A DNA stretch of 64,000 nucleotides from a virus. Taxonomy: Duplodnaviria > Caudoviricetes. The notes beneath the pieces are model-generated. The model worked only from the letters and a program-made list of their open reading frames with translations, ran no database searches and was not told where the DNA came from. The first letter of the stretch is position 1. Every line of letters begins with the position of its first letter. Below, one piece after another: positions 20,345 through 29,543 of the stretch. The translations under genes were made by a program, and so were the position numbers. The DNA lies in the IMG/VR virus record IMGVR_UViG_3300037504_000149. One strand, 5' to 3'.

Positions 20345-21496
20345 ATGGAAATAAATGACCCGAGGTTAGACGTATATAGATATTGGGATCAGTTAGTTAA
20401 ACATATTGAGTCACAAGGTAAAACAGTAGACGATATGCTGCGGGGCGAATTTATTTGGCCTCGGCAGTTTGAGATACACCTTCCTGGCGACCATAAGCGT
20501 CCATGCGGATTAGCCTGCCCTCATTGTGCCGGGCGTCATTTCGCAAAGGATCTTGGTAGGTGGGAAATTACTGGCCTATCTTTACTTCATAAGCTTAAAG
20601 ATGCCATCCCCTACCACATATACGGAGGTGCGTATACTGAGCCTATAATAAACCCTTACTATTTAACGTACTTGGCTACAACTAAGCAGTATGGTAATCA
20701 CTTTGGTATACATACCAATGGCACAATGCTAAATACACTTGAAGAAGAGTTTGGATGGTTAACAGAACTTAATGCTATTGCTACCGATGATGTTGATTAT
20801 TTATCAGTTAGTTTAGACGCTGGTTTTCCCTGGAGCTGGGGACGCACCAAAGGTACTAGAAATTATAATCAATTCAATGATATAATAGAAGGGATGCGAA
20901 AAGCGTGTAACATACGTGAAAAGAGGGGTGGAGGTCACGCAATACGCTTATGTTATCTAATCTCTCACGATAGTGATTCACGAACAAACTTTGAAAGTAT
21001 TGTAGCTATTGCTAAAGAAATAGGTGTAGATAGTTTACGTTTCTCTATACCGTTCGGATGCTACAACCAAGACTTTGATGAGATTAGAAAGTACAAGTAC
21101 GGTAGAGAAATACCGGATAATGAGTTATATAAAGAGCGTTTGAAAGGGTTACTTTCTACAAGTAAAAACGAGAAACCTTATATATTCTATACTGAACCGT
21201 GGTTTACAGACATAGATCGCTATACTTTTGAACGTTGTTTTTATGGATATTATCAAGTGTCATATGGTGCTGATGGTTATGTTTATCGTTGCAGCACTTC
21301 ATCAACTCCTACTGCCAAGCAATGCAGATTAGGTAAAATAACTGATGATATTGATAAATTTAAGGATATGATTAGGAGGGGTCAAGATATAAACAAATGG
21401 AACTGTAAAACTAATTGTTTTGATAATGGTATACGTTGTAATAGAATGGGACTAGAAATAAGCACTATAGCTAATGATAAACTAGATAATATGTAA
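20345..21496 (+). CDS. Radical SAM protein with SPASM/twitch-like C-terminus
   Basis: CGLACPHC (CxxxCxxC), GG..TEP, HTNG, VSLDAG; C-terminal CFYG...DGYVYRC. Confidence 0.85.
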   Translation: MEINDPRLDVYRYWDQLVKHIESQGKTVDDMLRGEFIWPRQFEIHLPGDHKRPCGLACPHCAGRHFAKDLGRWEITGLSLLHKLKDAIPYHIYGGAYTEPIINPYYLTYLATTKQYGNHFGIHTNGTMLNTLEEEFGWLTELNAIATDDVDYLSVSLDAGFPWSWGRTKGTRNYNQFNDIIEGMRKACNIREKRGGGHAIRLCYLISHDSDSRTNFESIVAIAKEIGVDSLRFSIPFGCYNQDFDEIRKYKYGREIPDNELYKERLKGLLSTSKNEKPYIFYTEPWFTDIDRYTFERCFYGYYQVSYGADGYVYRCSTSSTPTAKQCRLGKITDDIDKFKDMIRRGQDINKWNCKTNCFDNGIRCNRMGLEISTIANDKLDNM

Positions 21497-21504
21497 GGAG
21501 TATC

Positions 21505-22485
21505 ATGAGTGATGTTACTGTTATAATTAATGAGCGCTTCAATAATTTAAATTATGTAGTAGACAAGATACCTCATCTTATACATCAGCTTAGTAAAAGA
21601 TTAGATGTTCAAATATTAACTCATCCAGTAACTGATATATCTTCTGTAAATGGAGATATAATTTTAACTATTAAAAATTTACAGAAAAATACTATAGAAA
21701 CTGATGAAGGTAAAGGATATATTGAATCTTATATTAAATTATTAAAATCATTAAAAGATAAAGGCAAGAAAATATTAGGGTATCATGACGATTTAGATAT
21801 TTCAGAACCAGGAAAATATGAGAATCTAAGAATGTACCATTATGATGTTTTACGTAGATTAATAGGTATATTTGATAAAATGCTTGTAGCGTATCCTACA
21901 CCTTTTATATCTAAATTTCCCACACAAAAACATAAACTAGTTCTCTTTCCCCAGTTTATAGCGCCTACTCATAGGTATAAAAACTTAACTTTCAATGATA
22001 CGCCTATTAAAAAATGTATTGTAGCTGGTTATGATATTTCTGTTTACAGACATACCAAAGGTTACATAACTTCAAAAAACTCACCATTAATACATAGAAT
22101 ACCTCATCCAGGATATAATAAAAATCAAAAACATACCGTAATCAAAGGAGACGCATGGGCACAAGAACTGAATAAATTCTTATGTGGCTATGCTGGTACG
22201 ACTCCCCGTAATTATGTGATAGCTAAATATTTTGAGATTCCTGCATCTGGATGTTTACTATTAGGTACGTATGGTACTGATTTAAAGTTGTTCGGTTTTA
22301 AAGATGGTATAAATTTTATTCAAGTTAATAAAGATAATTTCTTTGATAAACTACAGTATATTATTAATAATCCTAAAGAATATACTGACATACGTAAAGC
22401 AGGTAGAGACTTAGTATTTTCTAGACATACGGTAGATCATAGATTAGAAACTTTGATAAATACTATAGAGGAGATTAGATCATGA
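21505..22485 (+). CDS. Glycosyltransferase, GT-B (Glyco_trans_1_2 / YkvP-CgeB-like)
   Basis: HPGY...KYFEIPASGCLLL...GFKDGINF...IRKAGRDLV..RHT. Confidence 0.75.
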   Translation: MSDVTVIINERFNNLNYVVDKIPHLIHQLSKRLDVQILTHPVTDISSVNGDIILTIKNLQKNTIETDEGKGYIESYIKLLKSLKDKGKKILGYHDDLDISEPGKYENLRMYHYDVLRRLIGIFDKMLVAYPTPFISKFPTQKHKLVLFPQFIAPTHRYKNLTFNDTPIKKCIVAGYDISVYRHTKGYITSKNSPLIHRIPHPGYNKNQKHTVIKGDAWAQELNKFLCGYAGTTPRNYVIAKYFEIPASGCLLLGTYGTDLKLFGFKDGINFIQVNKDNFFDKLQYIINNPKEYTDIRKAGRDLVFSRHTVDHRLETLINTIEEIRS

Positions 22486-23441
22486 AAGGTACCATACATA
22501 TGCCTAAAAGATTTGAAGGAAGTTTTGTATGTGATAGATACAATATTTTACTAGATGGTTTAGCTAATGATTTGGATTGGAAGTTAGTATACTCTGATGC
22601 TTTAGATAAATCTGATATTTACGGCGACATTATACTATCCTTGAAAACACCTCAAGGTGCAGATATTATTAATGGTAGAGATAAAAGCTGGAAAACCTTG
22701 ATGAGTCTTCCAGAAGACATTAAAGTAATTACTTATTTTTCTGACATACATATGATTAGACCTAAATTAGAAAATGAGTATCAAAAAGCAATGCTACCTG
22801 TACTAGCTAGAAGTAATTTAATTTTAACAGCGTACTGGCACCCTTTCTGTGAACGCTTCCCGTATTTCACACATAAGACAATACACTTCCCTCATTTCTA
22901 TGCTCCAGAGCATCGTTACGATATGAAACCTAATCCCGAAGCTTTATTGAAGTGTTTGACTTGTGGAATCTCTAATAATCTATATGATTTACGTAAATAT
23001 TTAATAGATCATGAAACGGAGTGTAAAACTGGCTTGATAGCGTATCTCCCGCATCCAGGGTATACTAAAGACGTTAAAACTACTGCTAAATATAAAGTTA
23101 AAGATGATTATGCTAAAGAGTTGCATAAATATTATTGTGGCTTTGTAGATTGTACACACATGCAATATGTTGTAGGTAAGTATTTTGAGATACCAGCCGC
23201 AGGTTCTTTATTGCTTGCTAGATACGCAAAAGATTTACCAAAATTAGGTTTTAAGGATGGTGTAAACTATATTAAAGTAAATAGTAAGAATATAGTTGAC
23301 TATATTTATGATATACTAAATAATCCTAGTAAATATGAAGATATACGCCAAGCTGGTTGGAAGTTTGTACATACTAAATTTGGTTTATCCAATAGACTTG
23401 CACAATTAAAATCAATAATTAAAAATATTGCAAAATCATAA
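22482..23441 (+). CDS. Glycosyltransferase, GT-B, paralogue of the upstream gene
   Basis: HPGY...KYFEIPAAGSLLL...GFKDGVNY...IRQAGWKFV. Confidence 0.75.
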   Translation: MKGTIHMPKRFEGSFVCDRYNILLDGLANDLDWKLVYSDALDKSDIYGDIILSLKTPQGADIINGRDKSWKTLMSLPEDIKVITYFSDIHMIRPKLENEYQKAMLPVLARSNLILTAYWHPFCERFPYFTHKTIHFPHFYAPEHRYDMKPNPEALLKCLTCGISNNLYDLRKYLIDHETECKTGLIAYLPHPGYTKDVKTTAKYKVKDDYAKELHKYYCGFVDCTHMQYVVGKYFEIPAAGSLLLARYAKDLPKLGFKDGVNYIKVNSKNIVDYIYDILNNPSKYEDIRQAGWKFVHTKFGLSNRLAQLKSIIKNIAKS

Positions 23442-23449
23442 GGTAGTAT

Positions 23450-24325
23450 ATGAATCATCACGAATTATTAGGCACAACATCTATAGAGCAGGTAATTTTA
23501 AAGTTACATAATAGATGTAATTTAAACTGTGAGCATTGCACTAACAAATGCCACTTACCTATAAATAAAAACTCTAAGTATAGCTGTCGCCACGAAACTA
23601 GAGTAATAACATTAGAAGAAGTGGAACGTTATTGCACTTTATTGAATGGTCATCTTGATGATAACATACACTTAATATCAGGTGGAGAGCCCACATTCCA
23701 TGTAGATCCAGAATTTATTGAATCTATTATGGATATGTTAATGTTGTACGGTAAAGGTCGTATAGGTATCAGAACTAATGGGTATAATATATTAGGTTTA
23801 AAAGACAAGTACTTAAAACTATTTGATTTGGTATACCTTGATGATCATGTAGTAAATAAAGAAATTATTGATGAAGCTTACATTAAGTTAAAGAAAATAC
23901 GCGGAAATAAACAAACTATTGTAGAAAGAGTACACGAACATTACAATATTAGAGAATTAATGGATAATCCTATTAGTCGTGGAAAACGCTGCTATATGTG
24001 GAAACGCGTACTTTTACTAGAATATGATATCTTATGGCCATGTTGTGGTTTACCTAACATAGTAAATGAACTTGATATACCTCAAATAAGAGATCATATG
24101 ATTGAATATGGTTGGTCTACTCATAATGATAATCTTATTAAAACACTACGTAAAGGTAGATTGCCTAAATCGGTAAGTCGTTTATGTAAGTATCGTTGCT
24201 GGTTTCCCGCAGCATGGACAAAACAACCAACAGTACCAATTACAGCAAAGAAAGGTACATTAATAGCACCTAATCTACACTACAACCCTGACAAGGAAAC
24301 AGAATGCGAAAACTCCCAACAATAG
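23450..24325 (+). CDS. Radical SAM protein
   Basis: CNLNCEHC, ISGGEPT, RTNG; additional C-terminal Cys residues. Confidence 0.85.
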   Translation: MNHHELLGTTSIEQVILKLHNRCNLNCEHCTNKCHLPINKNSKYSCRHETRVITLEEVERYCTLLNGHLDDNIHLISGGEPTFHVDPEFIESIMDMLMLYGKGRIGIRTNGYNILGLKDKYLKLFDLVYLDDHVVNKEIIDEAYIKLKKIRGNKQTIVERVHEHYNIRELMDNPISRGKRCYMWKRVLLLEYDILWPCCGLPNIVNELDIPQIRDHMIEYGWSTHNDNLIKTLRKGRLPKSVSRLCKYRCWFPAAWTKQPTVPITAKKGTLIAPNLHYNPDKETECENSQQ

Positions 24326-25191
24326 CATTGATCGGACATGGTTATTGGGGTAGTAAACTAGCTCAATATACGCCAGCATACTTTAATTGTAAATATTATG
24401 TAGGATCTACTTTTGATTTGGATACTATATGGAATGATAAAGAAATAACTGGTGTTATAATAGCTACTCCTATAGATACACACTACAACATAACTAAACA
24501 AGCATTGCTTGCTGGAAAACATGTATTTGTAGAGAAACCTCTTACTACATCTAGAGATGAAGCAGAGGAATTAGTAACTATAGCTAACAATAATGGCCTA
24601 CAATTAGGGGTAGATTATACACAAACATTTACCCCAGCTATTAGACTAATACGTACCTGCCTACACGAAATAGGTAACTTACGTTATATAGATATGAAAA
24701 CTACCAATTTAGGAAGATTTAAGCATGATGTATTCTGGATGTTAGGTGTGCATCATTTATCTATATTAGATCAAGTATTCCCTCTACACCATTTAAATTT
24801 TTCATTGAACAGACTTATGATGTATAACAAACGGTGTACAAGTGGTTTGTTGGAATTTTCTTCAGATGATAGGCAGATCACAGGACAAATATTCGTGTCT
24901 ATAAACAATCCTACTAAGCAATTAAAAGTTACATTCTACGGTGATAACGGTACATTAATATACAATCCTGTAGAAGGGCCTTCGGTTAGTTGGACAGTTT
25001 ATTCTAAATTACCTAATAAAACAAAGCCTCACCTTGTTCGAGCAGAACAACAGGTGGACTTTGATGAATCAAATAACTTAAAGTATTCTATACAGTACTT
25101 TAGAAAATTAATAGATGGAATGGCAGAAAGTAATGCACAATCTGCGGCCCAGATAACAACAATTGTAGACAATCTAATTAATAGACCTTAG
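24304..25191 (+). CDS. Gfo/Idh/MocA-family NAD(P)-dependent oxidoreductase
   Basis: IGHGYWG, VIIATP..TH, GKHVFVEKP, D......HH.S. Confidence 0.85.
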   Translation: MRKLPTIALIGHGYWGSKLAQYTPAYFNCKYYVGSTFDLDTIWNDKEITGVIIATPIDTHYNITKQALLAGKHVFVEKPLTTSRDEAEELVTIANNNGLQLGVDYTQTFTPAIRLIRTCLHEIGNLRYIDMKTTNLGRFKHDVFWMLGVHHLSILDQVFPLHHLNFSLNRLMMYNKRCTSGLLEFSSDDRQITGQIFVSINNPTKQLKVTFYGDNGTLIYNPVEGPSVSWTVYSKLPNKTKPHLVRAEQQVDFDESNNLKYSIQYFRKLIDGMAESNAQSAAQITTIVDNLINRP

Positions 25192-25388
25192 TCTACATAT
25201 ATGTATCGTGTAGCCTTTTTCTTCTTATTTTTATAAAATTCTCTAGCTTTAGTTAATGCAGTAGGTATGGCTTTATCGTCTTCCATACCTTCTTTCTTTA
25301 ATGCGTTTCCTATCTCTATAGCTTTATCTCTTATCTTCTTAGGTTCATTCTTCCATGAATTAGGATAATCTTTTTTACTCCAAGGCAT
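25188..25388 (-). CDS. YdaT-like small protein with C-terminal extension
   Basis: MPWSKKDYPNSWKN....R.KAIEIGNAL..EG.....AIPTA resembles Bacillus YdaT-type stress proteins; extra tail KKKKATRYIYVD. Confidence 0.65.
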   Translation of the reverse strand: MPWSKKDYPNSWKNEPKKIRDKAIEIGNALKKEGMEDDKAIPTALTKAREFYKNKKKKATRYIYVD

Positions 25389-25389
25389 C

Positions 25390-25815
25390 CTAACCTCCCG
25401 TAAACAAGTCCCATATAACTTTACCTATAGCTGTAACAGCTCCTGATGCAATTAAAAATCCTAGTACCTTACCTAAAGTAGTCTTGAACACTTTTTGAAA
25501 CCATGACATTTTATCGACTCTCTTATCTAAAAGATTTAAGTCATTTATATGCTCCTCCCTAGCAGTAATCAGTGCTTTCTTCATATATTCAATAACTTCT
25601 TCGTTCTTTGCACATATCTTATCACATTTTTTATCTCTATCTTTAATTAGTTGTTTAAGTTCCATATGGTGTTGTGCATTAACTTCCGACATCATCGTAA
25701 CTTTAGTGTCTAAAGCTGATAGTTGCTTACCTTGTTCAATTTGTTCTCTTTCGAAAACTCGTTGATTACGCTGTAATTCTCTAATAGCTTCAGCTTTTCC
25801 ATTATTACTATCCAC
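25390..25815 (-). CDS. Coiled-coil protein with C-terminal transmembrane helix (possible holin-like or membrane protein)
   Basis: Heptad region followed by hydrophobic LGKVLGFLIASGAVTAIGKVIWDLF. Confidence 0.45.
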   Translation of the reverse strand: MDSNNGKAEAIRELQRNQRVFEREQIEQGKQLSALDTKVTMMSEVNAQHHMELKQLIKDRDKKCDKICAKNEEVIEYMKKALITAREEHINDLNLLDKRVDKMSWFQKVFKTTLGKVLGFLIASGAVTAIGKVIWDLFTGG

Positions 25816-25850
25816 GGAGGTGCTCCTTTTATAAAGTTGGTTACACTATA

Positions 25851-25861
25851 ATTATAACATA
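25851..25861 (-). promoter_or_regulatory. Extended -10 promoter TATGTTATAAT
   Basis: Identical 11-mer also upstream of the scaffold and portal genes. Confidence 0.6.
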
Positions 25862-25892
25862 TTTCGTTTTACTAAAAAATTTTACCGCAAAC

Positions 25893-25921
25893 TTGAATTT
25901 TGATAAATAATCCGCTATACT
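25893..25921 (+). promoter_or_regulatory. Sigma70-type promoter TTGAAT-N17-TATACT
   Basis: 17-bp spacer; AAGGAG RBS and ATG at 25953 follow. Confidence 0.7.
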
Positions 25922-25952
25922 ATGACCGTAACTTTGCTTCAAGGAGAATTGT

Positions 25953-26327
25953 ATGGAAAGGAAAAAGCGTGTTTATGTCGCAGGAGCGTATTCTGCAGAT
26001 AACGTTCTAGATGTGCTACGTAATATGAATAGAGGTATTAGGTTAAGTGCTAAAGTATTTATGTTGGGTTATGCTCCATTTTGTCCTTGGCTTGACTACC
26101 AGTTTGCGCTTAATGCTCGTTTAGACGAAGGAGAAGATGTTACACTAGAAAACTATTACGGTTATAGTATGGCTTGGCTTGAAGTTAGTGATGCTGTTTT
26201 AGTAGTTCCCGAAAAACACGAGGATTCTAAAGGTACACAAGCAGAGATTAAACGTGCTAATGAGCTGGAAATTCCTGTATTCTTCGATATCAATGATATG
26301 GTAGATTATTTTGAGGAGGGAGAATAG
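25953..26327 (+). CDS. Nucleoside 2-deoxyribosyltransferase-fold protein (DUF4406/DUF1937-like)
   Basis: VYVAGAYS...PFCP...SDAVLV...SKGTQAE...A....IPVF. Confidence 0.7.
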   Translation: MERKKRVYVAGAYSADNVLDVLRNMNRGIRLSAKVFMLGYAPFCPWLDYQFALNARLDEGEDVTLENYYGYSMAWLEVSDAVLVVPEKHEDSKGTQAEIKRANELEIPVFFDINDMVDYFEEGE

Positions 26328-26656
26328 TGGAAGATAACGAAAAAACATTAACTGAAGGTACTAAATATGATGAAGGTAAATTACCTATTTACCTACTACC
26401 TAGTAAACCATTAGAGATAATTACCGAAGTTCTACAATTTGGTGCAGAAAAATACACCCCTCATAATTGGCGTAAAGGGATGAAGTGGAGTCGTTTAATC
26501 TCTGCGATAATGAGACACTTACTAGCGTGGAAGGAGGGGGAGGATGTTGATCCAGAGACCGGTATTTCCCATTTAGGGCATATCGGCTGCGATGTTTTGT
26601 TTTTATTAGAGTATGAAGCTAGGGGATTAGGCGAAGATGATAGGTATAAAGTTTAA
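26327..26656 (+). CDS. dATP/dGTP diphosphohydrolase-domain protein (DUF5664-like)
   Basis: KYDEGK...LLP...VLQFGAEKY..HNWRKG...RHLLAW..GEDVDPETGISHL.H. Confidence 0.8.
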   Translation: MEDNEKTLTEGTKYDEGKLPIYLLPSKPLEIITEVLQFGAEKYTPHNWRKGMKWSRLISAIMRHLLAWKEGEDVDPETGISHLGHIGCDVLFLLEYEARGLGEDDRYKV

Positions 26657-27036
26657 TCGTCTATCCATTCATTATGAAGTTTTCTAAGGGCATCTGTCCA
26701 AGTACCGGGTTGATATGCTGATTTTTCGGGATCCATAGTATATTCATTTCCAAAACGTTCCGCGTGTGCTAATATAACTTCCCATTGTGCATCAGTGGGA
26801 GGTTTAGTGCTTAAATATCCTGCGTGACATATTCTTATCCACCCTAAACTTTCAAGTGTAGACTCTACATCCTCCCCATAATACTGATCAATTATGTCTT
26901 CTTCTATGATTTCATGCTGCCCATAATCACTCAATTCATAGTCTCCATTGGGGGAGAGCCACCCATACATAAATCCCATATCCCAATAATACTCCGTGTC
27001 ATCGTTTATATATGCAGTATATACTAAATATATCAT
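26653..27036 (-). CDS. Small paralogue family member 1 (W-x-x-PNG / H / GW-x-R)
   Basis: GWLSPNGDY...GQH...LESLGWIRI..AGYL; similar to 35025..35402 and 36996..37373. Confidence 0.65.
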   Translation of the reverse strand: MIYLVYTAYINDDTEYYWDMGFMYGWLSPNGDYELSDYGQHEIIEEDIIDQYYGEDVESTLESLGWIRICHAGYLSTKPPTDAQWEVILAHAERFGNEYTMDPEKSAYQPGTWTDALRKLHNEWIDD

Positions 27037-27037
27037 T

Positions 27038-28525
27038 TTATTCTCCCAAACTATCTTGTATTGTATTTATTATACTGTTATTAGTTTCTATTGATAATAC
27101 GTATTTTAAAAACTCTTTATAATGATCTGAAAATTGTAAAGCTTCTTCAACGATTGTTTCTTTGGCATAATAATCGTCAGCTAAAATATACCAATATTTC
27201 ATTGCTGTGTTAGATAATTTTGGAATTAATACCGATAAACATTCAAAATCACTATATCCAGGATCTACATCTCTAAGTTTTTGCCCAATATATGTTACCA
27301 GCTCAGGGAATCTATTAACAATACTGGCTCTAATATTTACTAAGCCTTCCAATATACGATCATTATCAGTATCTCGGTATATTTCATCCCAATAACGCAT
27401 ATTAATCGCATCAAAATATTTATCTACTATATCTCTTCTTTCCTCACTATAAGGTTTGTATTTCATATCTTCATTATGCACAAGTATATCTAACATTAGT
27501 TGCCCATTGAGTTGTTCAGTTGCCCAAGAATCGTATATATTTTCTTCCTCTGTATTAACAAATGTAGTATATGTATCAAACTCCCACCCCTCACTTCCAA
27601 AGTTATCTAGTATTCTTTTAGCACATGATAATGTAGTTCCATGATAATACGTAAACCCTTCTATATCCTTATATACTGGATTTTCCCATCCTGTGGACAC
27701 TTCGTTATTTTGGGATATTATATCTACTTTCTTTATCCATCCATCAGGGATGGTATCTCCATATATAGTTTGAGCCATAGATTCTTCTAATAGTTTAACT
27801 ATTATTGGCATTACAGCTTGTTGTATTACACTTTCCCACACATTATACGGAAACTGCTTTATATTTTCTACTACTAGCCAAACTATATGATTAACTAATG
27901 ATTCCGCGTCTTCCATAGTTACTACTGAGAATTCTTCGTCTACATGTGTCCCTGGTGTAGGAGTAAATGTCGATACATCCTTATAGTCCCTATCTGGGAA
28001 AGTAGTTATTGTTGTATATAGATTACCTAAAAACTCATCGTATATAGCGTAAAGTTCTGTATTATAATTTGAATTATCCTTTGATATTATACTATCCAGT
28101 CTATCTAAAATAACTTCCTCATTATCTGTTTCACTATATTCGTGTATCAACTCATCGATAAAGTAGAAAATTGCTCTATGTATTGCACCTGCCACCATAT
28201 CAACATCTTGATCTATTTTATAAGGATTTTCTTCCTCATCATATATAGGTACATTTATGTGTATTATTGCTCCTAGATCTGTAAATTTACCACCATAGTC
28301 CATAATATGATGATGCTTACTGTTTCTGTCACTCCCCAACATTTTATATAGCGCATATCTATGTGCTACATTGTAATCTGTTGTAATATTTACCCCTCCA
28401 AATTTATCAAAAAGATCCATAGAATCAGGTGACGTATATCTAAGATTACTTTTAGGTAGCGTGGCATCTAATTCTGGAGTATAAGTGGGATAGATGGGGT
28501 CGGCTGTGCGAATAAAATAAATCAT
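27038..28525 (-). CDS. Putative circularly permuted ADP-ribosyltransferase-fold protein B
   Basis: GVNITTDYNVAHRYA, AIIHINV and QTIYGDTIPDGWI precede YYHGTTLSCAKRIL. Confidence 0.55.
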   Translation of the reverse strand: MIYFIRTADPIYPTYTPELDATLPKSNLRYTSPDSMDLFDKFGGVNITTDYNVAHRYALYKMLGSDRNSKHHHIMDYGGKFTDLGAIIHINVPIYDEEENPYKIDQDVDMVAGAIHRAIFYFIDELIHEYSETDNEEVILDRLDSIISKDNSNYNTELYAIYDEFLGNLYTTITTFPDRDYKDVSTFTPTPGTHVDEEFSVVTMEDAESLVNHIVWLVVENIKQFPYNVWESVIQQAVMPIIVKLLEESMAQTIYGDTIPDGWIKKVDIISQNNEVSTGWENPVYKDIEGFTYYHGTTLSCAKRILDNFGSEGWEFDTYTTFVNTEEENIYDSWATEQLNGQLMLDILVHNEDMKYKPYSEERRDIVDKYFDAINMRYWDEIYRDTDNDRILEGLVNIRASIVNRFPELVTYIGQKLRDVDPGYSDFECLSVLIPKLSNTAMKYWYILADDYYAKETIVEEALQFSDHYKEFLKYVLSIETNNSIINTIQDSLGE

Positions 28526-28532
28526 ATTTTCC

Positions 28533-28561
28533 TTGACAAAAATTTAGTTGTGTGCTAAAAT
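28533..28561 (+). promoter_or_regulatory. Sigma70-type promoter TTGACA-N17-(TGc)TAAAAT
   Basis: Perfect -35, 17-bp spacer and extended -10. Confidence 0.75.
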
Positions 28562-28625
28562 TAGCTTATGCGAGTAGGAATCACACATTATTTAAACGAC
28601 TTTGTATACATTATGAGGTTATAAT

Positions 28626-29543
28626 ATGTCTACTTCAAACTTCTTGTACAGTATTCCTGAGTTAACTATATTTAACTCATTTACAGGTAATTATGAAACA
28701 CTTCCTAAAAGTGATAAGTTATGGAATATAAAACCAGTATTCACCACCCCATATACATTAACATCTTTACGTACTATATATTTTTCACAATTATTATGTA
28801 ATATAATGGAAAATCTTAAATACAAATGTTGCTCACTAACTATTCCTGTTATTAATAACTGGTTAAAATCTTTATTACACTATGAGAACAACAATAATCA
28901 GTTGGACGATACATCTGATACATTATATATAGTTGGTAAAGATAAAATAGATAGCATTGATATTACTAAGTATTCTAGTGCAACCAGTAAATTAATTGTT
29001 GTGGAAAGTCTTAATCTATACCATTATGAAGGTATGCCTGTAGTAAATATTATGTTAAGTTTACAGGAAAATACATTACTTAAATTTCCTAACATCGTAA
29101 AACTACTATTAATGTCATCTACAATGGTAGCACATTATACTCAAGCATATAATGCATATATAGATGGGGTTACAAATTTCTTTGATAATTGTGTTAATTT
29201 AGATAATATTACCGATAATGATGCAGTGTATAATATTTTAGCTGATCTTCATGTAGAGGAAGTAGACCCAAACATTGTTTATACATTATCGTCTAGTTTA
29301 GATAATTTACATAGTATTACTGATATGGGTAGCTTTTTAGATCATACAATTAGGTATACATATAAGTATAAATTACATGATCTGTACGATACCTTAGTTA
29401 AACGCGCCGAAGAAATATGCCCTTATTATAAAGTTGTAGATAATACGTTAAACCCTATCGGTGTAGAAAAGTCTTCTTATCCTCCTCTAGTAGAATGGCC
29501 CATACCCTTTCCTATACCCTTTCCTAAACACTTTATGTTGTAG
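28626..29543 (+). CDS. Hypothetical protein, possibly a degenerate CysRS-like class I synthetase fold
   Basis: LTIFNSFTGNYETLP...SLRTIYFSQLLCNIMENLKYK resembles the CysRS N-terminus, but HIGH and KMSKS are absent. Confidence 0.35.
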   Translation: MSTSNFLYSIPELTIFNSFTGNYETLPKSDKLWNIKPVFTTPYTLTSLRTIYFSQLLCNIMENLKYKCCSLTIPVINNWLKSLLHYENNNNQLDDTSDTLYIVGKDKIDSIDITKYSSATSKLIVVESLNLYHYEGMPVVNIMLSLQENTLLKFPNIVKLLLMSSTMVAHYTQAYNAYIDGVTNFFDNCVNLDNITDNDAVYNILADLHVEEVDPNIVYTLSSSLDNLHSITDMGSFLDHTIRYTYKYKLHDLYDTLVKRAEEICPYYKVVDNTLNPIGVEKSSYPPLVEWPIPFPIPFPKHFML

